A stretch of 64,000 nt of DNA from Macrostomum lignano (taxonomy: Eukaryota): assembly GCA_002269645.1 (NCBI GenBank), contig NIVC01000628.1, positions 1-64,000 on the forward strand, in the 5' to 3' direction. Shown here one piece after another: positions 47,273-58,248 of this stretch (position 1 is the first letter of the stretch; every line of letters begins with the position of its first letter). The notes under the pieces were generated by a model. That model made no database searches, was not told the origin of the DNA, and worked only from the letters and a program-made list of their open reading frames with translations. Both the position numbers and the translations under genes were made by a program.

Positions 47273-47583
47273 TAATAATAATAATAATAATACTGAAATG
47301 ATTGCACCTGCCTTAATGGCCAGATGTGCAACCGACAGCTCAGCCGCAGCTATTGCGTGGTGCATCTGAAGGCTGCGTACGGCTGTTCAGTCCAAGGACT
47401 GGGGGGTCGCCACACACCCTCAGTTACTCCAGCTAATGCTGGCACCCATTTTACAGTTGGGTGAACTGAAGCATTGCAGAGTTAAGTGTCTTGCTCAAGG
47501 ACACAAATTGCTCCGAGTGGATCGAGAATCGAACCCCCGACCTTTCACTCATGAGTCCGACGATCTGACCACTAGGCTACAAC
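47273..47583 (-). mobile_element. tRNA-derived SINE, copy 1
   Basis: Minus strand: A box TAGCCTAGTGG, B box GGTTCGATTC, CORE/V-like body TGTGTCCTTGAGCAAGACACTTAA...AAATGGGTGCCAGC, (TTA)n tail. Second copy at 58505-58792. Confidence 0.85.
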
Positions 47584-48346
47584 CTGCTTGCTCACCTGGC
47601 CCTATAGACAACCTAAATAGTTAGGGGTACGGATCCCCCATTTAATACAATAAGTAAAACATATAGTCTATGGCCTCTGTGGCGTAGTCTATGGCACAGA
47701 GCAAGTGACGGCATTAATTAAGTCAACAAACAGCCGAAAAAAGTACTCACACTCTCTGGTCTCTTTTATCGAACGAAATTCTTACAAACAAATAGAAATT
47801 ATAAACTTTTTCGGTTGAAAATGCTGAAATTTTTTTAGTTTAAACTGTCACTAGTAAAGTCAGCGGCGGTGAGGCCGTATGCTTCTGGCAGTGTATTTAT
47901 TCACCGTAGAAAATCATCCCTAGGGCTTCCAGAGAATTGGCGCAGATCACTTCCTGATTGGTTGCTGGGTAAAAGCAGAGGAAGGTCCAATCGGTATAAA
48001 GCTACACAAGGTTCAATCCAATGTGAAACTTATTAAGGTTTCGTCAAGGCTTAATGAAACCTGACAGTGTGACGTTTAAAAAGAATGCATTTGAATGGCA
48101 AAATGCCATGATTTGCCTGCGCCTTTCGTTTTAACAGCTTCTACAGAGCATTTATCCCGGCAGGGATGTGAAAAGGAAACAAGCTGTGCTGTGGTCCGTA
48201 GGTTCCTATTTCCACTGTGGCCTAAAGGACACGAACTCTTACTGCTGCACTGTAGAGGGATCTGGGACGTCCTGAAGCAGCCTTCAATGTTGACACAAAC
48301 ATCCGTCAGGACTATGCAATGAGCTTGGTCACGCTTCAATGTACGG

Positions 48347-49836
48347 CTGAGGGAGCGGAGAGGCAGATTCTCAAGGAGTGATGGAGCAGAGGCAGATTCT
48401 CAGGGACTGAGGGAGCGGAGAGGCAGATTCTCAAGGAGTGATGGAGCAGAGGCAGATTCTCAGGGACTGAGGGAGCAGAGAGGCAGATTCTCAAGGAGTG
48501 ATGGAGCAGAGGCAGATTCTCAGGGACTGAGGGAGCGGAGAGGCAGATTCTCAAGGAGTGATGGAGCAGAGGCAGATTCTCAGGGACTGAGGGAGCGGAG
48601 AGGCAGATTCTCAAGGAGTGATGGAGCAGAGGCAGATTCTCAGGGACTGAGGGAGCAGAGAGGCAGATTCTCAAGGAGTGATGGAGCAGAGGCAGATTCT
48701 CAGGGACTGAGGGAGCGGAGAGGCAGATTCTCAAGGAGTGATGGAGCAGAGGCAGATTCTCAGGGACTGAGGGAGCGGAGAGGCAGATTCTCAGGGACTG
48801 AGGGAGCGGAGAGGCAGATTCTCAAGGAGTGATGGAGCAGAGGCAGATTCTCAGGGACTGAGGGAGCGGAGAGGCAGATTCACAAGGAGTGATGGAGCAG
48901 AGGCAGATTCTCAAGGACTGAGGGAGCGAAGAGGCAGATTCTCAAGGACTGATGGAGCGGAGAGGCAGATTCTCAAGGACTGATGGAGCGGAGAGGCAGA
49001 TTCTCAAGGACTGAGGGAGCGGAGAGGCAGATTCTCAAGGACTGATGGAGCGGAGAGGCAGATTCTCAAGGAGTGATGGAGCGGAGAGGCAGATTCTCAA
49101 GCACTGAGGGAGCGGAGAGGCAGATTCTCAAGCACTGATGGAGCGGAGAGGCAGATTCTCAAGGAGTGATGGAGCGGAGAGACAGATTCTCAAGGAATGA
49201 TGAAGCGGAGAGGCAGATTCTCAAGGGGTGAGGGAGCGGAGAGGCAGACTGTCAAGGACTGATGGAGCGGAGAGGCAGATTCTCAAGGAGTGATGGAGCG
49301 GAGAGGCAGATTCTCAAGCACTGAGGGAGCGGAGAGGCAGATTCTCAAGCACTGATGGAGCGGAGAGGCAGATTCTCAAGGAGTGATGGAGCGGAGAGAC
49401 AGATTCTCAAGGAATGATGAAGCGGAGAGGCAGATTCTCAAGGGGTGAGGGAGCGGAGAGGCAGACTGTCAAGGACTGATGGAGCGGAGAGGCAGATTCT
49501 CAAGAACTGATGGAGCGGAGAGGCAGATTCTCAAGGAGTGAGGGAGCGGAGAGGCAGACTGTCAAGGACTGAGGGAGCGGAGAGGCAGATTCTCAAGGAA
49601 TGATGGAGCGGAGAGACAGATTCTCAAGGAATGATGAAGCGGAGAGGCAGATTCTCAAGGGGTGAGGGAGCGGAGAGGCAGACTGTCAAGGACTGATGGA
49701 GCGGAGAGGCAGATTCTCAAGAACTGATGGAGCGGAGAGGCAGATTCTCAAGGACTGAGGGAGCGGAGAGGCAGATTCTCAAGGACTGATGGAGCGGAGA
49801 GGCAGATTCTCAAGGACTGATGGAGCGGAGAGGCAT
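48347..49836 (+). repeat. ~30-bp minisatellite (GAGCGGAGAGGCAGATTCTCAAGGACTGA(T/G)G)n, left arm of an inverted pair
   Basis: Read directly. Confidence 0.95.
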
Positions 49837-50130
49837 CTCAGTGAGACAGAGATCACAGCACGATCACTGCGCCTCCAAGACAATGAGCAGTAACTGATGA
49901 CAGCAGGCTAAGGTTCATAGTCCTACATTAGCCCAAGGTTCATCACCGCATGCGTGTCGGAGCATACGAAATTCCCTAAATAGTTTTTCTGATGAGATGC
50001 TGCATAGGGGCGGGAAATTATTAAAACAGCCACGACACCTCTCTCCAGGTTTGTTTTTACCCTACTGGCTTCTGATGCGAATAACAAGTGCATACGTTAA
50101 AATGTTCATACGTTAAAAAATACAGTCCGT

Positions 50131-50372
50131 TCAGGGTCCTTCGATGTGGCCACCACCGTTTGTAAGGCAGGCCTCCAGCCGCCGCGGAAAGTCCAGCAGG
50201 GCTTTGGTAAGCGTCTCAGGCGAAATCTGGGCCTGATATGAACATGCTTTTGGTGTCAAAAAAATCCCTTTTCTATATATTTTTCTATGCTAAAATCTGG
50301 TTGGGATCCAAGCAATTAATCACAAAGTTATTCACGAAACAAGTTGTAAAGTTACTTATGGGACACCCTGTA
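50131..50372 (-). mobile_element. Internally deleted Tc1/mariner remnant
   Basis: TA-CAGGGTGTCCCATAAG terminal sequence at 50372-50355 (minus). Downstream peptide AQISPETLTKALLDFPRRLEACLTNGGGHIEGP* (50232-50131) matches the mariner transposase C-terminal RLxxCxxxxGGHxE pattern. Second TIR not found. Confidence 0.65.
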
Positions 50373-50377
50373 GACTT

Positions 50378-51714
50378 GAATCTGCATCTCCGCTCCATCA
50401 CTCCTTGAGAATCTGCCTCTCCGCTCCATCAGTCCATGAGAATCTGCCTCTCCGCTCCATCACTCCATGAGAATCTGCCTCTCCGCTCCATCACTCCTTG
50501 AGAATCTGCCTCTCCGCTCCATCACTCCATGAGAATCTGCCTCTCCGCTCCATCACTCCATGAGAATCTGCCTCTCCGCTCCATCACTCCATGAGAATCT
50601 GCCTCTCCGCTCCATCACTCCATGAGAATCTGCCTCTCCGCTCCCTCAGTCCTTGAGAATCTGCCTCTCCGCTCCCTCACTCCTTGAGAATCTGCCTCTC
50701 CGCTCCCTCAGTCCTTGAGAATCTGCCTCTCCGCTCCCTCAGTCCTTGAGAATCTGCCTCTCCGCTCCCTCAGTCCTTGAGAATCTGCCTCTCCGCTCCC
50801 TCAGTCCCTGAGAATCTGCCTCTCCGCTCCATAAGTCCCTAAGCATCTGCCTCTCCGCTCCATCACTCCTTGAGAATCTGCCTCTCCGCTCCCTCAGTCC
50901 TTGAGAATCTGCCTCTCCGCTCCCTCAGTGCTTGAGAATCTGCCTCTCCGCTCCCTCAGTGCTTGAGAATCTGCCTCTCCGCTCCCTCAGTGCTTGAGAA
51001 TCTGCCTCTCCGCTCCATAAGTCCCTAAGCATCTGCCTCTCCGCTCCATCACTCCTTGAGAATCTGCCTCTCCGCTCCCTCAGTCCTTGAGAATCTGCCT
51101 CTCCGCTCCCTCAGTGCTTGAGAATCTGCCTCTCCGCTCCCTCAGTGCTTGAGAATCTGCCTCTCCGCTCCCTCAGTGCTTGAGAATCTGCCTCTCCGCT
51201 CCCTCAGTCCTTGAGAATCTGCCTCTCCGCTCCCTCACTCCTTGAGAATCTGCCTCTCCGCTCCCTCAGTGCTTGAGAATCCGCCTCTCCGCTCCCTCAG
51301 TGCTTGAGAATCTGCCTCTCCGCTCCATCACTCCTTGAGAATCTGCCTCTGCTCCATCACTCCTTGAGAATCTGCATCTCCGCTCCCTCAGTGCTTGAGA
51401 ATCTGCCTCTCCGCTCCCTCAGTGCTTGAGAATCTGCATCTCCGCTCCCTCAGTCCTTGAGAATCTGCCTCTCCGCTCCATCAGTCCTTGAGAATCTGCC
51501 TCTCCGCTCCATCACTGCTTGAGAATCTGCCTCTGCTCCATCAGTCCTTGAGAATCTGCCTCTCCGCTCCCTCAGTCCTTGAGAATCTGCCTCTCCGCTC
51601 CATCAGTCCTTGAGAATCTGCCTCTCCGCTCCCTCAGTCCTTGAGAATCTGCCTCTCCGCTCCATCACTCCTTGAGAATCTGCCTCACAGTTCCATCAGT
51701 TCCTTAGAATCTGT
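50378..51714 (-). repeat. Same ~30-bp minisatellite in reverse orientation, right arm of the inverted pair
   Basis: Unit CTCCGCTCC(A/C)TCAGTCCTTGAGAATCTGCCT is the reverse complement of the 48347-49836 unit. Confidence 0.95.
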
Positions 51715-51855
51715 CAGTCAAACGAGAACACTAAAACTCTAACATAGCCAACACTGTAGTTACAGCAAATAATGTTTTGTATTCTCTCTCGCAAATGAAA
51801 ATGCGCATCAGAATTGAGAACAAAAACAGGCAACAGAAAGCCTCAGCCCTGCACC

Positions 51856-54309
51856 TCAATGCAGTTGGAATCTCGGATAGGCCAGGTTCAGCGCGGCCGT
51901 TGCCGCCTCCTCCTCCAAGTCCTGCAGCTCGCCCCGGCGATGCAGCTGAAGTTCGCTGCCACCACCGCTGCCCCCCAGCAGGTGGCCTCCAATCTCACGG
52001 CCTGGCAGCAGCAGCAGGTCCTGCAGAGAGCGCCGGCCGCTGCTGCCTCGGCCCGGCGGTCGGGCGGTCCCGTAGCTCGAGTCCATGGCCGCCGCCGCTG
52101 CAGCAGCCGCAGCCGCCGCGGCCAGAAGCAGCGGGCTGGGCAGCGACAGCTCGCGATTGCCCAGGCGGGCGATAATCCTGGCCCGGCGGACCCGTTCGAA
52201 GTGCTTCGTCTTGTAGGCCTCGTAGAAGCCGTTGCCAGAGCAGCTCGGCGAATCTTCGTTGTTGGCAAAGTTTCGTCGAAGCAGCACCCGCCAGACGGAG
52301 CTGTCGCGGTGCAGCTCGGCCAGGAGCCGGCAGGTTTGGCCCAGCCGGCAGACCTCGACGCAGCTGTCGCAGCGGCGCATGATTTGCAGCAGCAGCTCGG
52401 GCGGCAGGCAGACGAGGCTGGGCTGGGGAGGCGGTCGGCCGTTCAGCTCGAACAGAGCCGTCCTGGCGGGCAGGGCGATCTGCGTTTGCGGAAAAGTGAC
52501 GACTCTTGTCCATGCACCGAAGATGGATGAGGCTTAGTCTAGGAAAATCGAAAAATCATCTCACAACTAGCGGGTGCTGCAATTCTACCCATTTCGCTGA
52601 CTTTGTGCTTCTGGCCCTCACGGTTGGATGAACAACCCTGACCAATATTTGTGCGCCAGCCCCAAATTAATGAATTGAACCAGTCCGATGAAAACGGTAC
52701 CTAGGTCAAGAAGCGTCCCAGAGTAACTTGAGTCTCCCCAGAGTCGTTTCAGAGTCGTTGCAGGTAACACAGGTAAAATAGAAAAGAAGTGACTCTAGAC
52801 GACTCTAAAACGTCAAGATGTCACGGTACAGGTTGCGAAAAAGTCGTCTAAGGCGTTTTTTTTATTTGAGGCATTTTATTCTGCGACTTTGAGACGACTC
52901 TGGGGCGACGCAAGCTTCCATAATGACTTAGGGGTCGTAGAGTCGTATTTGAGGCGTGCTTAAAGTCGCTGTAAATTTAGGCCTAAAGCGTATATGCATT
53001 AGAATCGCATTTCGCATTTACAACAGCTCTATTTAGTCTACTTAAGTTAGTAGTTCAAAGTTAAGCGCCAACACAACTACTCTGGGACGACTTTTTCGCG
53101 ACTCTTACGATTCTGCAACTCGCGTGACGCGCACGTGACTCAACAGTCGCTTCTCCGTTGCAAGTGAGTTGTTCACAATGACTCACTAGCGATTCTTGTC
53201 ACGGGAACGTTTTCAACGGGCAGGGGTCGTGGCGGGAGAGTCAAGTGCTACAGCCGCTGAGCTTCACTGCTCCTAAAGGCGAGTTCACATTACCGCCGGT
53301 AGCTTCGCGGCCCAAAAATTACTCAAATGAATTCTAAAATGGGTCTGAACCAACTGCTACATTGGTTTGAACAATCTCTTTGACCCCGCGGAGCTACTGG
53401 TGGTAATTTAAACCGGCCTTAATGCGTCCAAACACCTAGCTTAGCTCGTTATGTTTCCGGGTTTCGTGCATAAATAGAGCGCGACTACTGTAAGTAGTAT
53501 TTTGAAAAGTTCTTCGGGTACTTTTAGTACTTCCGACTTAAATTACATCGCGCTTGTAACTTTTTCTTCCAAAGCTCAGATCTACTTACTATTAGCAGAT
53601 GTAACAAGGGCTTTTTGTAAATATTGTCGGTACAGTCAATTGACTTGAAACTCACCCCATCCTTGAACTTCATGCTCAACTCCCGCTGGTTCAACAGTCG
53701 AACACTGGCCGAGGCCGGGTCGCTGCCAAAGTACCTGGCCAGGACGAGGTGCTGGGATGCATAGGCTGACGCTGGCAGGTTGTCAGCCGGTGCAACGCCG
53801 CAGTGACAGCCGACTTGTCCGCCTTCGTTCAGCAGCTTCAGCAGTGCGTAGCCTTCAAGTTGGTCAGCAGGGCGATGCCGGTAAGAGTAGCGGAGCGCCA
53901 CCGAGACGGCGGGCTGGCAGCCGAGCTGTCGGAGCTGCTGGACCACCGACGACGGCAAGTCAAAGTGGGTCAGCCTTGCGGACTCATTCTGATCGGCTCC
54001 TGAATAACTTGCGCCTGCCAGTTGCGGGGTCACCCGCAGTGCGTCTAGTTCCGTCTTTATTATCGATTGGTCATCCGGATTGTCTTCGAAGTCCGGCTGC
54101 GACCGCTGTTCAGCTTCTTCGGTCTCTGCGTCCTCGCCCGCGGCTGTAAATCCGCACTCCGCCATCAGGCAGTGCAGGGTGAGCAGCAGCCAGTGAAACT
54201 GACTCTCCGGGCGGAGGTCTGCTACCAGGCGACTCAGCGATGGACAAAGTTGGCCATCTTCTGTGCAGATTTCCGACACCTCCTGGGGGAGTTGGTGCGA
54301 CCTCGCCAT
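51856..54309 (-). CDS. F-box protein, FBXO7/nutcracker-like (FP/PI31-like domain + F-box), about 425 aa
   Basis: Exons 54309-53656 (ATG in ACAATGG context; HWLLLTLHCLMAECGF ... LSMKFKDG, donor GTGAGT) and 52479-51856 (CAG acceptor; IALPARTALFELNG..SLVCLPPELLLQIMRRC...LGQTCRLL...DSSVWRVL). The join FKDG|IALP parallels FBXO7 FKDQLVYP. Start codon is uncertain. Confidence 0.75.
53277..53419. mobile_element. PIF/Harbinger (Tourist)-type MITE in the F-box gene intron
   Basis: TAA target duplication at 53274-53276 and 53420-53422; termini AGGC...GCCT; inverted ATTACCGCCGGTAGCTTCGCGG / CCGCGGAGCTACTGGTGGTAAT (19/22). Confidence 0.75.
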
Positions 54310-54544
54310 TGTGCTGCATGCAGCCAGGCAACAGACTGTGCACTGCGCCAAATAGGCCAGTGTAATTTCCAAACCAATATCTACAAAGTCACTGTTACTC
54401 ATTTTAGAAGTTCACTTTCTCCATAGACAAAAGACTCGCCACTTCTCTTCCTCGAAACCAGCTGTTAGAGATCGTAGAGGAAGTAATCGAGTTGCAACCT
54501 TTTATTTGGGAAGTGACAAAAATAGCATACCTCATTGAATCACC

Positions 54545-55180
54545 AGTGACTGAAGCCCACCCCGTGACTGAAGCCCACCCGTGACTGCAGCCCACCCGTG
54601 ACTGAAGCCCACCCGTGACTGAAGCCCACCCGTGACTGTAGCCCACCCGTGACTGAAGCCCACCCGTGACTGAAGCCCACCCGTGACTGCAGCCCACCCG
54701 TGACTGCAGCCCACCCGTGACTGCAGCTCACCCGTGACTGCAGCCCACCCGTGACTGCAGCCCACCCGTGACTGTAGCCCATCCTTGACTGAAGCTCACC
54801 CGTGACTGCAGCTCACCCGTGACTGCAGCCTACCAGTGACTGAAGCCCACCCGTGACTAAAGCCCACCCGTGACTGTAGCCCACCCGTGACTGTAGCCCA
54901 CCCGTGACTGAAGCCCACCCGTGACTGCAGCACACCCGTGACTAAAGCCCACCCGTGACTGCAGCCCACACGTGACTGCAGCCTACCAGTGACTGAAGCC
55001 CACCCGTGACTAAAGCCCACCCGTGACTGTAGCCCACCCGTGACTGCAGCCCACCCGTGACTGCAGCCCACACGTGACTGCAGCCCACCCGTGACTGAAG
55101 CCCACCCGTGACTAAAGCCCACCCGTGACTGTAGCCCACCCGTGACTGTAGCCCACCCGTGACTGAAGCCTACCCGTGAC
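54545..55180. repeat. 17-bp minisatellite (GTGACTGCAGCCCACCC)n
   Basis: About 37 copies between the divergent F-box and AChBP-like genes. Confidence 0.95.
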
Positions 55181-55924
55181 GGTGTGTTGAAACTCATTTT
55201 AATTATTTGTTTCAACATAAAAGATTGAAATAACTTTTATTTAATTTTATTAAATCGCTCCAGAATTTACATTTTAGATAAAAATATACCCAGATCTGTA
55301 AAATTAGCTAACTCAGGACAAAGAATTTCCTGATCCCATTTTTGAGTGCTCTTTGTTGACCAAATGCTTGGACTGTGAGCTCTCAGTTATTGATTTGTGG
55401 AGCAAAAAGAGCGAATTTAGCATTTTTGTTGGTTCATTTTCACAGCTGAAGGTCATAGGCTTAGATAATAACTAGAAATGTGCACTGGAATTCATAAGGC
55501 CGCGAGTTTTCTATCAGATTCTGAAACTTCTAAACACAAATTAAAACACAAAGTTTTCAGCCATCAATGCCTAAAACAGCAAATCTAAGCAGGTGATGCT
55601 GATTTACCTGCAGTCATGCAAGTGGTCAGAACAAGCCCTTAACCGTAAAATCTGGTGATAAACAATAAGTTGATTGACAGCAGCTGCGGTCCCTGGACTG
55701 ATTAAAATCTTAGAAATCTTAAATAAGTCGCTCAAAGCCGAAATTCGGTAAATAAACTGGAAAATTCCAACATGAAAAGCTGGCGAAGCCGTTCTCTAGC
55801 GATGGTGATATTCTGTGACACCTGGGAGGTCCGGTTTGTTTACATCAGACGTGCATAAATGCGAGCCTGTTTTACAGGCAAGAAACTCAGCATCATTCTC
55901 GACTGCTAAAATCAAAAGTAGGTC

Positions 55925-58211
55925 ATGAAGAATTCTCTTGCCCTCCTGCTGCTGCTGGCCGCGTCCACCTGTCTGGTGCAAGGTGATCTAACTTAAATGT
56001 TTTCGTAACTATTTTATGCTTCTGAGCAATTTGAATTCAAACTTCATTGTTGCCTTGTCATGCCATCGCTTTAGGCCAATCCGATGAAGACAGACTTGCG
56101 AGCTACCTGCTGAGGCGGTTGGGCAAAACCGGCTCCATCGCTCGGCCTATCGCTCCCGGCAACGGAAGCCAGACGGTGGACTTGTCTCTGGGCCTGTCTC
56201 TGCTGCGAGTGGCGTCACTGAAGGAATCGTCTGCTGAGATGGACGTGTGGATCCAGATGGTGAGAGAATTCTCTTCACACTCGAGCGTAGGTGGGGGGCC
56301 CAGGACGATTGGAGGTTTCGTGTGAAGGGGTTGCTGACGGAGAAACCGGGACACAGAGGTGTCCGCAGCGCGGTCCCCCTCCGGAGAGTCCAGGAGATGG
56401 ATGGTTGCTCGCCCGGTAGCCCTTCGGTAGCGGACGAGCTGGCAGAGATTCTCGGGCCTGAAAACGTCGGAGACTCTCTTATTCTCAATCGCCACTCCGC
56501 AGTTCTGGAAGGACCCGAGACTCAGCTGGGACCCGGCCGAATTCGGTGGTCTGAGCCAGATCGCCCTGCCCTCCAATCTGCTGTGGATTCCGGATGTTCG
56601 ACCTTTCCATGCGTAAGTGTCTCGTGACAGGCTTCTAAGATAAAGCTTCCATCTGCCCGCTCTGCTCCATCATTACAAGTATTCCCTCCGCCACCCGACC
56701 ACCTCAGCGGGAACTACATACCGGACCGGGTCTCCCCAGTCCGAGTGGTCGCCATGAGCAGCTCTGACGTCATCTACGTACTGCCGGCCAGGCTGCGGGC
56801 TCCCTGCGACCGTCTGCGAAACAAGTCGATGAGCTGCCGCCCGGTGCTGGGCAGCTGGGTGTACAGCGGCCTCTTGCTGAACACGACGCTGAGCTCCAGC
56901 CCCTTCAATATGGCCGATTTTGAGCCTCTGGCCGGTTGGGACGTGGCCAGAGCCACCGCCAGGAGGGTCGAAACCTACTACGATTGCTGCCCAGAGCCCT
57001 ACATCTCCATCAACTACAGCCTTGTGTGAGTAAACCCTACATCTCCATCAACTACAGCCTCGTGTGAGTAAACCCTACATCTCCATCAACTATACAGCCT
57101 TGTGTGAGTAAACCCTACATCTCCATCAACTATACAGCCTTGTGTGAGTAAACCCTACATCTCCATCAACTATACAGCCTTGTGTGAGTAAACCCTACAT
57201 CTCCATCAACTATACAGCCTTGTGTGAGTAAACCCTACATCTCCATCAACTATACAGCCTCGTGTGAGTAAACCCTACATCTCCATCAACTACAGCCTCG
57301 TGTGAGTAAACCCTACATCTCCATCAACTACAGCCTCGTGTGAGTAAACCCTACATCTCCATCAACTACAGCCTCGTGTGAGTAAACCCTACATCTCCAT
57401 CAACTATACAGCCTTGTGTGAGTAAACCCTACATCTCCATCAACTACAGCCTCGTGTGAGTAAACCCTACATCTCCATCAACTATACAGCCTTGTGTGAG
57501 TAAACCCTACATCTCCATCAACTATACAGCCTTGTGTGAGTAGACCCTACATCTCCATCAACTATACAGCCTTGTGTGAGTAGACCCTACATCTTCATCA
57601 ACTAAACAGCCTTGTGTGAGTAGACCCTACATCTCCATCAACTATACAGCCTTGTGTGAGTAAACCCTGCATCTCCATCAACTACAGCCTTGTGTGAGTA
57701 AACCCTACATCTCCATCAACTACAGCCTTGTGTGAGTAAACCCTACATCTCCATCAACTATACAGCCTTGTGTGAGTAAACTGACAGACGAATACTCCAG
57801 AATGCCACATAGTTCTTAATTCTTTAGCAGAAAAAAGCATCTATTCACAGAATGTGCATTGTAGTCTACTGCTTGGGCGAAGATAAAGAGTAGGCAATTA
57901 GCGAATTTTCACGCCACGGTCGCAAGTTTACAATGCGCCTAATTACGATCGTGGCCAACGTATTTATGCACTTGAATCCTGGCTTCAATGCATTTTAAAC
58001 TTTGCTAATTGCCTACTCTTAATCTTCACTAAAAGAGTAGGTTATAACACATTTAACGCAATATTTTGTGCATTTTGTAAGGAAACTCGAATTGGTGTCT
58101 TGTCGGTGAACCATGCTGCCCCCCGCAAATATTCACAGGCTCGACAAGAAGCGCAAGGGCAAGGATGGCAAGGGCAAGGGCAGGCCTCGCGGAGAAGAAG
58201 ATGATGACTGA
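55925..58211 (+). CDS. Secreted acetylcholine-binding-protein-like protein (nAChR alpha-type ligand-binding domain, no TM region), 247 aa precursor
   Basis: Exons 55925-55982, 56075-56259, 56503-56612, 56708-57025, 58139-58211, all GT-AG with matching phases. Signal peptide MKNSLALLLLLAASTCLVQG; EDRL helix; VWIQM|FWKDPRLSWDP; LWIPDV; C-x9-C; GSWVYSG; YYDCCPEPY; ends INYSLV|LDKKRKGKDGKGKGRPRGEEDDD*. AATAAA at 58243. Confidence 0.85.
56995..57780 (+). repeat. 38/40-bp tandem array of the AChBP-like exon 4 end plus its GTGAGT donor
   Basis: Unit CCCTACATCTCCATCAAC(TA)TACAGCCTTGT|GTGAGTAAA; 20 GTGAGT copies counted between 57026 and 57777. Confidence 0.96.
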
Positions 58212-58242
58212 TGAATCTCGAAGACTGCCAAACTTTGATCTC

Positions 58243-58248
58243 AATAAA
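58243..58248 (+). promoter_or_regulatory. Likely polyadenylation signal of the AChBP-like gene
   Basis: AATAAA 32 nt after the TGA at 58211. Confidence 0.55.

Noticed and set aside
47500-47583. tRNA genes at the SINE heads (also 58710-58792)
   Set aside because: A and B boxes are present but there is no paired acceptor stem; both continue into a shared SINE body and (TTA)n tail.
51995-52513. 172-aa ORF MDKSRHFS... as the start of the F-box gene
   Set aside because: Wrong frame: the F-box motif is in the frame of ORF 51856-52380, entered through the acceptor at 52480.
52717-53205. Segment rich in GACTC/GAGTCG motifs with CCC...GGG ends, a possible non-autonomous DNA transposon
   Set aside because: Terminal repeats match only weakly and no target-site duplication could be identified; cannot be supported without a copy search.
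56995-57780. CRISPR-like appearance of the 38/40-bp array (also the 39-bp array at 35655 and 32-bp array at 1)
   Set aside because: Units are head-to-tail with no unique spacers, there are no cas genes, and the context is spliced eukaryotic genes.
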